DNA from: Desulfofustis sp.
GTDB lineage: Bacteria; Desulfobacterota; Desulfobulbia; Desulfobulbales; Desulfocapsaceae
Assembly (NCBI GenBank): GCA_037387205.1
Contig: JARRLH010000007.1
Coordinates: 1 to 54,296, forward strand
Reading direction: 5' to 3'
DNA length: 54,296 bases
Both the position numbers and the translations under genes were made by a program. Positions 39,356-47,882 of the stretch are shown here, one piece after another (within the stretch, counting starts at the first letter, position 1; the number at the start of each line of letters is the position of its first letter). The notes beneath the pieces were generated by a model. The model did no database searches, had not been told where the DNA came from, and saw only the letters and a list, made by a program, of their open reading frames with translations.

Positions 39356-39560
39356 ATGGCCAAACTCTATTTCCGATTTGAGGCAATGAATTGTGGAACA
39401 TCCACTGCCCTCATCCAGGTGGATAACAATTATCGGGAACGGGGTATGAACACGTTACTCATCAAAACCGGGCACTGATCTCAAGGCTGACAACCTGATC
39501 CTTTCCAGGCTGGACATCAGCCGCCGGGTCGACATCCTGGCCGCTACCCAGGGAGGGTAA
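39356..39560 (+). pseudogene. tdk: Thymidine kinase remnant (about 68 N-terminal codons only, frameshifted, Walker A lysine lost)
   Basis: Positions 39356-39478 read [40 protein letters not shown] then stop. The +1 frame continues [31 protein letters not shown] then stop. This is collinear with the E. coli-type Tdk N-terminus (LYF..SAMNAGKSTALLQ..YNY.ERGM), but GKS is GTS and about 125 C-terminal codons are absent. Confidence 0.75.
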
Positions 39561-39563
39561 ACT

Positions 39564-40105
39564 ATGCAGACCATCGATATCGACAACTGGCCGCGGCGCG
39601 ATATTTATCGCTTCTACAGCGGCCTGGATTATCCCCATTTCAACATTTGCGCCGAGATAGACATCACCAGGCTGCACCGCCAATGCCGGCACTACGAGAT
39701 CTCCCGTTTCAACGGCGTCTTATATGGGGTGTCGAGGATCGCCAACGAAATCGAGGAATTCCGACAGCGAATTCGAGGTGCAGAGATCGTCCAGCATCGT
39801 CTGGTTCACCCGTCCTACACGGTGCTCACGAACAGGGCAGAGACGACTACCTGTTCATCTCGAGCCTGCCATGGGTGCACTTCACTTCGGTGTCTCACCC
39901 TGTTCACATGAGTCCGGTCGACTCCATACCACGCATCACCTGGGGCCGTTTCACCGAGGTGCACAGACGTGTCATCATGCCGCTTTCGGTCCAGGTGCAC
40001 CACGGCCTCGCCGACGGCTACCACGTCGGGAGGTTCTTCGAACTCCTGCAGCAGTGGATAGAGAGCGTCGATCTGGCCAGAACTTCGCCCCAGGAATCGG
40101 ACTGA
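39564..40105 (+). pseudogene. Chloramphenicol-acetyltransferase-family (CAT, PF00302-like) gene with an internal deletion and frameshift near 39835-39850
   Basis: The N-terminal part (ORF 39564..39911) reads IDIDNWPRRDIYRFY...VHPSYTV. The C-terminal part lies in another frame (ORF 39647..40105) and reads LFISSLPWVHFTSV...MPLSVQVHHGLADGYHVGRFF. The two parts total about 180 codons against about 210-220 for the family, with roughly 35-40 residues missing at the junction. Confidence 0.7.
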
Positions 40106-40158
40106 GCGCAGCCGGCACCTGACTGTGCTGAAACGGTGAGTGAGCCGATAAGCGGTGC

Positions 40159-41235
40159 CTACATCAGGCGACGCCTCCGGGAACGCGGCCTCGATCTGAC
40201 CATGGCTACTATTATACAGGCAAGCAGACCGGCGCCAAACCCCAGACCTATCATCATCAGGTCGCGGCCCAGCGATGTGGCCGACTCCTGTTTCTTTTCC
40301 GCTGCCATGCTCTGCTGCTCGGCAGGCGGCGCCGGAGCAGTCTGAGGAGCGGGAGAGGCAGCAGCTTTCTGGAGTACCGCCTGGGGTTCGGGCCGCGGTT
40401 TGGCTTTGGCAAAGCCTATGGCCAGCAGCTCCGAGGTCTTGGCGTCCCGGACCTTGCGGTCCAGGCTGCCGAGCACCACGGCAATGATTCGTACCCCGTT
40501 TCGTTTAGCGGTGGCGACAATGGAGAAACCCGCCGCCTTGAAGTAGCCCGTTTTGAAGCCGTCACAGCCGTCCACCGAGGCCAGCAGTTTGTTATGGGTG
40601 CGCATGATGAATTCGCCGCCCCGAAATTCCCGTTCCCTGGTTGAAGTGTATTTGAAGACCTCCGGGTTCTTCGCCAGTTCCCTGGCCAGTATGGCCATAT
40701 CCCGGGCGGTGGTGCTGTCCGGCTGCTGACCTTCGGAGGGCGGCAAGCCATGCACGGAATAGAAGGAGGTATTGTTCATTCCCAACTCTTTGGCTTTCTC
40801 ATTCATCAGGACCACAAAAGCATCCTTGGAGCCGGCCGCATGCACAGCCAGGGCCACCGCCGCATCGTTTGCCGATTGAATGATCAGGGCGTAGAGCAGA
40901 TCGTCGACCGAAAATTGCTCTTGGGGATCGAGGTATACCTGGGAACCTCCCATCCGGGAGGCCTCTCTGGTGACCTGGACCATCTCATCAAGCCGCAGAC
41001 TCCCCTGCGCGATCCGGTCTAGAACCACATAGAGTACCATCAGTTTCAGGACTGAGGCCGGATAGGCGACGGCGCCGCTGTTTTCATCGACCAGAATCTC
41101 GCCGGTATCAGCATCCATGACCAGGGCCGACAGGTAGGGATCGGCCGCCAGGGTGGCTATTTTGGCTCGAGCGGCCAGGACGGGCTGGGCGGCCAGAAGA
41201 ACGAGAAGTAAGACAAGAAATAGACGTTTCATCAC
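40159..41235 (-). CDS. D-alanyl-D-alanine carboxypeptidase (PBP5/6, peptidase S11) with a C-terminal membrane anchor
   Basis: It has a signal peptide and the motifs SxxK (ASVLK), SxN (SANDA) and KTG (FKTGY). Confidence 0.8.
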   Translation of the reverse strand: MMKRLFLVLLLVLLAAQPVLAARAKIATLAADPYLSALVMDADTGEILVDENSGAVAYPASVLKLMVLYVVLDRIAQGSLRLDEMVQVTREASRMGGSQVYLDPQEQFSVDDLLYALIIQSANDAAVALAVHAAGSKDAFVVLMNEKAKELGMNNTSFYSVHGLPPSEGQQPDSTTARDMAILARELAKNPEVFKYTSTREREFRGGEFIMRTHNKLLASVDGCDGFKTGYFKAAGFSIVATAKRNGVRIIAVVLGSLDRKVRDAKTSELLAIGFAKAKPRPEPQAVLQKAAASPAPQTAPAPPAEQQSMAAEKKQESATSLGRDLMMIGLGFGAGLLACIIVAMVRSRPRSRRRRLM

Positions 41236-41308
41236 ATTTCCCCGGATCAGAATTCAACCAATTGTTCGGTTCGTTTACCCATTTTGAATGGTGCGGCAAT
41301 CGCATTGA

Positions 41309-42196
41309 CTAAATGTACCGAGAGGATCTGCAGGAAGTAATGGTAAACTCCTGAAGATCGGGCCCGTCGACCCACTGCGGCAGCCTCGATGCTGGCCCTT
41401 CGATCCTGACCAGAGGAGGCTGTCGAGCGGCCAGCCCGTTAATCTTCATCCACAAGGTCGTGTCTCCCCAGAATTGAGGCGGAGTCTCGGCTGCGGCTAC
41501 GTGATTGAAGATATCCCATGGTTTTGCACACCCTTTGTGAACCGCATCCAGGGCCATGGATTCGATACGGCCCAGGCCGGTCTCCGGGTCCGGCTCTTCC
41601 TGGAGCCAGCGCTGCAGGGCCGCCGGCACCCATCTGAGCGGCGCTGTCTTTCGCCGGGAGAGCGTTGCCGCCCTCCTCAGATCCCGCTCGGCGAAGACCC
41701 GGTCGACCTCACGACTGAAGCGAAATTGCCTGTCGCTTACCGGCTTTCTGGCCTGATAGCAGGAGCCTAACTGGACCGAAGTCAGCTGGCCGAGACCGAT
41801 GTAGGGTTCGATTCCAGGGAAACGATCGATGCAAAGAAGCTGCACGTTGCCGGTGATGCCCTGATGCTGCAGGCAAGTAATAAGATGTACCAGCATTGAC
41901 TGATCGAAGAGACAACCATCGAACCAGAGAACGACCTCAGCATCGGCGGGCAGTCCCGCAACCCGCTCATACTGGCTGACAAAAGTGTCCAGTACCTGGT
42001 TGCGGCCCAGCCCCCCTGCGGTCAGCGCCTCGATGAACACGGCACGGCGCCGCAACCCCTCATTATCGGGCCAGCCGGGTGTTCGGGGACCGTCGTAGAG
42101 CAGATCATGCCAGACCAGGATGCCGCCCTCCAGACCGGCTCCGGCGAGCGCCTCGCCAGCCCGGTCCCCGCTGGTTATATGCAAGGGCTCGCTCAC
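41309..42196 (-). CDS. DUF1835/DUF3658-like protein, unknown function
   Basis: The N-terminus (LHITSGDRAGEAL...ILVWHDLLYDGP) and overall layout resemble that family. This rests on my recollection only. Confidence 0.5.
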   Translation of the reverse strand: MSEPLHITSGDRAGEALAGAGLEGGILVWHDLLYDGPRTPGWPDNEGLRRRAVFIEALTAGGLGRNQVLDTFVSQYERVAGLPADAEVVLWFDGCLFDQSMLVHLITCLQHQGITGNVQLLCIDRFPGIEPYIGLGQLTSVQLGSCYQARKPVSDRQFRFSREVDRVFAERDLRRAATLSRRKTAPLRWVPAALQRWLQEEPDPETGLGRIESMALDAVHKGCAKPWDIFNHVAAAETPPQFWGDTTLWMKINGLAARQPPLVRIEGPASRLPQWVDGPDLQEFTITSCRSSRYI

Positions 42197-42323
42197 CGGC
42201 TCACAGCGACCACAGGCATGGTACGCCAGAAGGTATGCTCAGAAGACCAATCCCCGGTGGCCAGCCGCGATGGCACCGGGAATTTGTACTCCACACCGTA
42301 ATCAGGGCCATGGGACCGCAGGG

Positions 42324-43181
42324 CTATTCGGGAACCTGATAATCCCACTTTTTCAAATACGATTTGCGCATCTGATCTTTTTCGGCCGCCGAGGCGCCCC
42401 AGTTTCCTTTATATACGGTACCCTCCCACTCCCCGTAGGTGGGGTTGGGCAGGACAATAAAGCGGGTGCCCCACTGATCCTTTATCTTGTCGGTCTCAGC
42501 AAGCCGCTCTGCAACGGTTTTCTTCATGAAGTCACTGGTAAAATCGTTCAAATTGTCACCCATCAACAGGGCGATCTCGTAGTCTGCGGCGACAATGTCC
42601 CGTCGAGCCTGTTTGTCGCTGCTGTCGGTCCTGAGCAGCAGATGCTTCTCGTCCACGTGGGGAAAGCCGAGGGCCATCAGGTTCTTTTTAGTGCCGTCGT
42701 AGCCCACCATCTTGCGGTTGGAGACGTAAAACACCTCGACCCCTTTGGCCGCAGCGTAATTCAAAAATTCCTTGGCACCCGGCATGGCCGTGGCCTCGGC
42801 GGCCTCCATCCAGGGAGTCCAGGTCGTGGACGAATAGCCGAAATCCTGACCGATGAGCCAGGCCTCGTAGGCAGAGTTGTCGATCACCGTCTCATCGGCG
42901 TCGACGATGATGGCCACCGGCTTGGAGCCGGTGTACGCAGCCATAAAGGAATCCAGATTCATGGCCGCGACGTTGAAAGCCTGGTAGCTCAAGGCCCTGA
43001 ATTCTGCTGATGACTGCATCCACAGGGTTGCCATGACCAGCTGCTCATTGAGATCTCTGGTCGAGTACCTGGCGGCCCCTTCAGCTCCCTCCTTCTTCAT
43101 GGCGGCGCAGCCGCCCACTAGCAGTAGCAGCAGCAGAAGCGGAATCATTACTCTTAGACGATCGGCAAGCTGATATTTCAT
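42324..43181 (-). CDS. Lipoprotein e(P4)-family class C acid phosphatase / 5'-nucleotidase (HAD superfamily)
   Basis: It has a lipobox (LVGGC) and the bipartite DDDD motif (IVDADETVIDNS ... GDNLNDF). Confidence 0.75.
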   Translation of the reverse strand: MKYQLADRLRVMIPLLLLLLLVGGCAAMKKEGAEGAARYSTRDLNEQLVMATLWMQSSAEFRALSYQAFNVAAMNLDSFMAAYTGSKPVAIIVDADETVIDNSAYEAWLIGQDFGYSSTTWTPWMEAAEATAMPGAKEFLNYAAAKGVEVFYVSNRKMVGYDGTKKNLMALGFPHVDEKHLLLRTDSSDKQARRDIVAADYEIALLMGDNLNDFTSDFMKKTVAERLAETDKIKDQWGTRFIVLPNPTYGEWEGTVYKGNWGASAAEKDQMRKSYLKKWDYQVPE

Positions 43182-43471
43182 GGCAATCTCCCTGTCTGTA
43201 AGTTAACGAATGAGACTGAACGGACTGGCAACAGATGAAGATTAAGCTAATGGTTCCCCCCCTGCTGAAACGATTTCAATCCTAATCATTTCACCCCGAT
43301 TCATCAAGCAGGGCTGCCCATTTAAAATAGGACAACACCATCCTGGTGCAGTGGTTTTAGAGAAGCGAAACAATCATTGCCGCTTGCATTTCTTGCTCTG
43401 TTCATGAATAGTAACCGCAGACCGGAAAATCGCAGTGCATCCCACAACCATTGCTGCATGGAGGCATAAGC

Positions 43472-43894
43472 ATGAAACAGGTACCGAAGCTCACCCTCGA
43501 GGACGCCAGATTAATAATGGCAGCGGCAGAAAAAAAGGCGCTTGAGATCGGCGTCGACATGGATATCGCCATTGTCGATGACGGCGGCAATCTGCTTCTT
43601 TTCCAGCGCATGGACAATGCCCGGGTGACCTCTATCACCATCGCCATCGACAAGGCATTCACCGCCGGCGCAGCGAGAAAATCAACCAGGGACTACGGCA
43701 ACGTCAGCGGCCCCGGTCAACCGGCTTTCGGCATCAACACGGCCATCCAGGGCCGTTTCACGATTTTCGCCGGAGGCCTGCCTATCTTTGTAGATGGCCA
43801 CCCTGTGGGCGGCATCGGCTGCAGTTCCGGCAGCCCGGACCAGGACGAGGAAGTGGCCCAGGCAGGTGTCGACGCGCTGCTCGCCTCCCTCTGA
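43472..43894 (+). CDS. GlcG/HbpS-like (DUF336) haem-binding family protein
   Basis: The patterns LTLEDARLIMAAAEKKALE.. and GGLPI..DG..VGGIGCSSG are present. The start is placed at MKQVPK. Confidence 0.7.
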   Translation: MKQVPKLTLEDARLIMAAAEKKALEIGVDMDIAIVDDGGNLLLFQRMDNARVTSITIAIDKAFTAGAARKSTRDYGNVSGPGQPAFGINTAIQGRFTIFAGGLPIFVDGHPVGGIGCSSGSPDQDEEVAQAGVDALLASL

Positions 43895-44041
43895 TTTTAC
43901 CCTGGCTGACGGCTGGCCGGAATTCTCTAAGCGATCGTTATAATTGAGATTGAAAAGAGCAGGTAAAAGAGGTACGTTCCGAAAATTCAACCTGAAAAAA
44001 GGATGTAGAAATTTGGATTTCGCACTTCCTGAAAGATCGAC

Positions 44042-44091
44042 AAAAAAACCGGTGACCGACTGCCGCAGGCATTCGGCTACGGGTTTTTTTG
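44042..44091. terminator. Candidate intrinsic (bidirectional) terminator: an A-run, an imperfect GC-rich hairpin, then a T-run
   Basis: The sequence is AAAAAAACCGGTGACCGA-loop-TCGGCTACGGGTTTTTTTG. It lies between glcG-like and nfnA. Confidence 0.45.
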
Positions 44092-44121
44092 TTCTAAATT
44101 CTTCCACGTTCGGAGGTAGAC

Positions 44122-44958
44122 ATGTTCAAAATTGTAAGACGCGAAGAGATGGCGGAAGGTACGGTTATTCTCAATGAGATCGAAGCGCCGCTGATTGCCA
44201 AAAAAGCCAAACCCGGTCAGTTCGTAATCCTCAAGGCTGACGAGGACGGTGAGCGGATTCCGCTGACCATGGCCGAAACCGACAAGGACAAGGGCACCAT
44301 TACCATCATCTACATGGTGGTCGGCAAATCCACCGCCCTGTTCCGCGATCTCAAGGTCGGAGATAGTTTCCAGGATGTCATCGGTCCGCTTGGCAAGGCC
44401 ACCCATCTCGAAAAGCGGGGCAAGGTTATCTGTGTCGGCGGAGGTACCGGCGTCGCCGTGCTCCACCCGATTACCCGGGCCATGAAAGAGGTCGGCAACG
44501 AGGTTGTCTGTATCATCGGCGCCCGCACCAAGGATTTGCTGATTCTCGAAGAACAGATGAAAAACGCCTCCCACGACCTGCGTGTCTGCACCGATGACGG
44601 CTCCTATGGTCACCACGGTTTCGTTACCGACGTCATGAAAGAAGTGCTGGAGGAAGGCGACATCAAGGAAGTGGTCGCCATCGGCCCGGTTCCAATGATG
44701 AAGGCGGTCACCAATATCACCAGAGAGTACAACGTGCCGACCATGGTCAGCCTCAACCCCATAATGGTTGACGGGACCGGGATGTGCGGAGGCTGCCGGG
44801 TCTCAGTCGGCGGTGAGACCAAATTCGCCTGCGTCGACGGCCCTGAGTTCGACGGGCATAAAGTGGATTTCGACGAACTGATGCTCAGGCTTAACGCGTA
44901 TCTAGAAGACGAGAAAAAATGTCACGAAGAGTACTGCACTATTCGGGATGCCCAATAA
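44122..44958 (+). CDS. nfnA: NfnA/SudB-type subunit (PyrK-like FAD/NAD(P)-binding protein with a C-terminal 2Fe-2S site)
   Basis: It has the N-terminus MFKIV..EE, the RIPLT FAD motif, GGGTGVA and CGGCRV...C. Length is 278 aa, and it sits directly upstream of the gltD-like subunit. Confidence 0.8.
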   Translation: MFKIVRREEMAEGTVILNEIEAPLIAKKAKPGQFVILKADEDGERIPLTMAETDKDKGTITIIYMVVGKSTALFRDLKVGDSFQDVIGPLGKATHLEKRGKVICVGGGTGVAVLHPITRAMKEVGNEVVCIIGARTKDLLILEEQMKNASHDLRVCTDDGSYGHHGFVTDVMKEVLEEGDIKEVVAIGPVPMMKAVTNITREYNVPTMVSLNPIMVDGTGMCGGCRVSVGGETKFACVDGPEFDGHKVDFDELMLRLNAYLEDEKKCHEEYCTIRDAQ

Positions 44959-45010
44959 TGCGCTGAATTTGAAGCTTATCGAATAACCCGCTGTCAGACG
45001 GAGGAAAAAC

Positions 45011-46465
45011 ATGGCGGAAAAATCTGCAAAGCCCGTGAAGAACCCCAGAATTGCGATGCCCGAGCAGGACCCGCAGGTCCGGGCCCGCAATTTTCTAGAA
45101 GTACCGACGGGATATACCAACAAGATGGCTCAGGAAGAGGCGGCCAGATGCCTGCAGTGCAAGAAACCGGCCTGTGTTAATGGCTGCCCGGTCGGCGTCG
45201 ACATTCCCGGCTTCATCGACCTGATCACCAAAGGCGATATCACCGCGGCGATCCGCAACCTGTGGAGCAAAAATGCCCTGCCCGCCGTCTGCGGCCGGGT
45301 CTGCCCTCAGGAAATACAGTGTGAGGGCCTATGCATCCTGGGCAAGAAGGGTGAGCCGGTGGCCATCGGCAACCTGGAGCGCTATTGCGCAGACTGGGAA
45401 CGGGAAAACGGAACCGGCGAACTGCCGCCCAAGGCCGACTCAACCGGTAAAAAAGTCGCCGTTGTCGGTTCAGGCCCATCAGGTCTCACTGTGGCCGGCG
45501 ATCTGATTGTCAAGGGCCATGACGTGACCATCTTCGAGGCCTTCCACAAGGCCGGCGGCGTGCTGGTCTACGGCATTCCGGAATTCCGTCTGCCCAAGGC
45601 TATCGTCGCCCAGGAGATCAACTTTCTCGAGCGCCTGGGGTGCAAGCTGGAATGCAATGCCGTCGTCGGGCGCACGGTCTCAGTAGATGAACTTTTCGAG
45701 CAGGGATTTGACGCTGTCTACATCGGGGTGGGCGCCGGTCTGCCCCGCTTCATGAACATCCCCGGTGAAAACCTGGTCGGCATTCTCTCGGCCAACGAGT
45801 ACCTGACCAGGGCCAACCTGATGAAAGCCTATAAATTCCCCGATGTCGACACACCGATCCCCATTGGTAAAAATGTTGTCGTTCTTGGTGCTGGAAACGT
45901 GGCAATGGATGCCGCCAGAACTGCCATGCGGCTGGGCGCCGAGAGTGTCAAGATCGTCTACCGAAGGTCACGCGAGGAGATGCCGGCCCGGGCTGCAGAG
46001 ATCCATCATGCCGAGGAAGAGGGCATCGAGATGTTCCTACTGACCAACCCGACCAAGTATCTGGGCAATGAGAAAGGTCGCCTGACAGGAATGGTATGTC
46101 TCCAGATGGAGCTCGGCGAACCCGATGATTCCGGCCGCAGGCGTCCGGTGCCGATTGAAGGCTCTGAGTTTGAGATGGATTGTGATCTCTGTATCGTGGC
46201 GGTCGGATCCGGGGCCAACCCACTTTTGACGAGCGAGACTCCGGACATGAAACTTAACAAGTGGGGCTATGTCCATACCGATGAAAAAACGGGCAAGACC
46301 ACCAAGAAGGCCGTCTGGTCTGAGGCGCTCCCCCGACTCCCGTCGGAGGACATGTTTTTTCTGCCTGGAATGATAGGCAGCAGGGGGAATTCTGATGATC
46401 TGTCGATTGATCTTCTCACTGGGATGCGTACTATCTGTTGCAGAGCATTGGTCCGCCAAGATTAA
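45011..46465 (+). CDS. nfnB: NfnB/SudA/GltD-type subunit. Family similarity stops after codon 436 (about 46318), and the last 48 codons are unrelated sequence, so the gene is probably truncated or non-functional.
   Basis: It has the 2x[4Fe-4S] region (CLQCKKPACVNGCPV; CGRVCPQEIQCE), VAVVGSGPSG and VVVLGAGNVAMD. The expected C-terminal AGGD...TVI.AMG.G FAD motif is absent in all three forward frames. Confidence 0.75.
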   Translation: MAEKSAKPVKNPRIAMPEQDPQVRARNFLEVPTGYTNKMAQEEAARCLQCKKPACVNGCPVGVDIPGFIDLITKGDITAAIRNLWSKNALPAVCGRVCPQEIQCEGLCILGKKGEPVAIGNLERYCADWERENGTGELPPKADSTGKKVAVVGSGPSGLTVAGDLIVKGHDVTIFEAFHKAGGVLVYGIPEFRLPKAIVAQEINFLERLGCKLECNAVVGRTVSVDELFEQGFDAVYIGVGAGLPRFMNIPGENLVGILSANEYLTRANLMKAYKFPDVDTPIPIGKNVVVLGAGNVAMDAARTAMRLGAESVKIVYRRSREEMPARAAEIHHAEEEGIEMFLLTNPTKYLGNEKGRLTGMVCLQMELGEPDDSGRRRPVPIEGSEFEMDCDLCIVAVGSGANPLLTSETPDMKLNKWGYVHTDEKTGKTTKKAVWSEALPRLPSEDMFFLPGMIGSRGNSDDLSIDLLTGMRTICCRALVRQD

Positions 46466-46582
46466 GGATGCAGGTCTATGTCTTTGAGACTTAGCGGGAG
46501 AAGCCTGAGGTTGAATTGCATTTCTTGAAATTTACTGCTGGCTGCGCTTTCAGGTGATTAATTCTGCGGAAGGGAGAAGGGA

Positions 46583-46777
46583 ATGTCTATCTGGGCAAGA
46601 ATAGCGGTGACCATCATTCTGATGGTCCTGTTCAGTTTTCTGGCTGGAGTAGTGTGGAGCAGCATGTTCTCCACTCCGATACCCAGCTACATATCCGGGT
46701 TTGTCGGTGGAATCGTGGCGATCCCTGTCTGGGAAATCCTGGAGAAATTCAAGACCAAACCAGACAAGAAAATATAG
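46583..46777 (+). CDS. Small two-TM membrane protein, unknown function
   Basis: It is 64 aa with a purine-rich RBS (GGAAGGGAGAAGGGA) before the ATG and two hydrophobic helices. Confidence 0.4.
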   Translation: MSIWARIAVTIILMVLFSFLAGVVWSSMFSTPIPSYISGFVGGIVAIPVWEILEKFKTKPDKKI

Positions 46778-46809
46778 ACCACCGGTTTCCAGTGCTCAGA
46801 AACCCAGGT

Positions 46810-47247
46810 CTACTTCACCGCATTGGGCACCGTTGTAACAGTCGAGTTAGAGTAGACTGGGCCGCGCAGATGCGGTCTTGGCTGTACGGCTATAGGCGGC
46901 ACAGGTTGGGGATGCACAACGACCGGAGGACGGTAGAAATAGTAACCGCCGCCGCGCCATGACCTGCGTTCCTGCCTGGCGACCTCGATTGCCGTCTGGG
47001 AGCGGAGCCTTTCGATCTCGAGTTCGTGATTCTGCGCTTCCAGCCTCACCCGGTCGGAGTACCGCCGATCCCTCCAATAGACCTCGGCGTCGACAGGCGC
47101 TTGCTTTCTGGCATAAAATTGCCGCTGCTGAATGGCCCGCAGCTGCTCGGGGGAACAGCCTGCATAGGTCGTCTGATTGCACGACCAGCCCAGATCCGCT
47201 GCAACCAGCACAACACCCAGAGTAATGAGGACGATTTGTACCCGCAT
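46810..47247 (-). CDS. Secreted hypothetical protein with a coiled-coil middle and a Pro-rich C-terminus
   Basis: It has a signal-peptide-like N-terminus (MRVQIVLITLGVVLVAADLG). I recognise no domain. Confidence 0.4.
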   Translation of the reverse strand: MRVQIVLITLGVVLVAADLGWSCNQTTYAGCSPEQLRAIQQRQFYARKQAPVDAEVYWRDRRYSDRVRLEAQNHELEIERLRSQTAIEVARQERRSWRGGGYYFYRPPVVVHPQPVPPIAVQPRPHLRGPVYSNSTVTTVPNAVK

Positions 47248-47271
47248 CGAACACACCTCCTGCATTTTATT

Positions 47272-47865
47272 ATGTCTGATAGTATAATCTTACGCCGCCT
47301 GGGCTGGTATGAAAGAAATTCTGACCAGATCCTGGGCTACCTCGAGCGGCTCGACCTGGCCATTCCCTCCACCATATTCCTCGCCGGTGCCGGCACCTCG
47401 ATGCTTCCCGGTGACCTGCTCCTCAGAGGCCATAGACTGATAATTAATGATGTGAGCGAGCTGGCGCTTGACACCCTGAAACGAAGGATCGGCCCGAACA
47501 GCAGGGCAAGCTGGATCAATACGGATCTGGGCAGGCCGGTAACCGCTGCGCTGCCTCCTCTAGATCTGTGGATTGACAGGGCGGTACTGCATTTTCTTGT
47601 TGAAGACGCCGATAGGCGCCAGTATTTCTCCACCTTACAGGAAGCGGTCAGGCCCGGGGGATATGTACTTCTGGCTCAATTCTCAAAAGAGGCGGCTGAC
47701 AAATGTGCCGGTCTTCCTGTGCACCGTTACTCGGAGGAAGAAATGAGCGACAACCTCGGCGCAGATTATCTGCTTATAGAGCATGAAATATTCCATTACA
47801 CCACCCCCAGTGGGGCACCTCGTCCTTATCTCTATGCGCTTTTTGAGAGACAATGCGCACCTTGA
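47272..47865 (+). CDS. Class I SAM-dependent methyltransferase
   Basis: Motif I-like FLAGAGTSMLPGDL and the post-I acidic residue are present. The start is placed at MSDSIIL; the upstream part of the track ORF is antisense to the previous gene. Confidence 0.6.
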   Translation: MSDSIILRRLGWYERNSDQILGYLERLDLAIPSTIFLAGAGTSMLPGDLLLRGHRLIINDVSELALDTLKRRIGPNSRASWINTDLGRPVTAALPPLDLWIDRAVLHFLVEDADRRQYFSTLQEAVRPGGYVLLAQFSKEAADKCAGLPVHRYSEEEMSDNLGADYLLIEHEIFHYTTPSGAPRPYLYALFERQCAP

Positions 47866-47882
47866 CCTAAAAGAGGAGAGTT

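Noticed and set aside
37900-39363. The full-length track ORF for deoA (487 aa, starting at 39363)
   Set aside because: The first ~50 codons begin with a TTG, have no family similarity and run antisense across the tdk remnant. Family similarity starts at [11 protein letters not shown], with an ATG at 39216 or 39210.
47026-47271. The N-terminal 82 codons of ORF 47026..47865, which overlap the minus-strand secreted-protein gene
   Set aside because: The sequence is Pro/Leu/Gly-rich and antisense to 46810..47247. The methyltransferase fold begins after the ATG at 47272. That leaves the two divergent starts only about 24 nt apart, so one of the two starts (or the reality of 46810..47247) remains uncertain.
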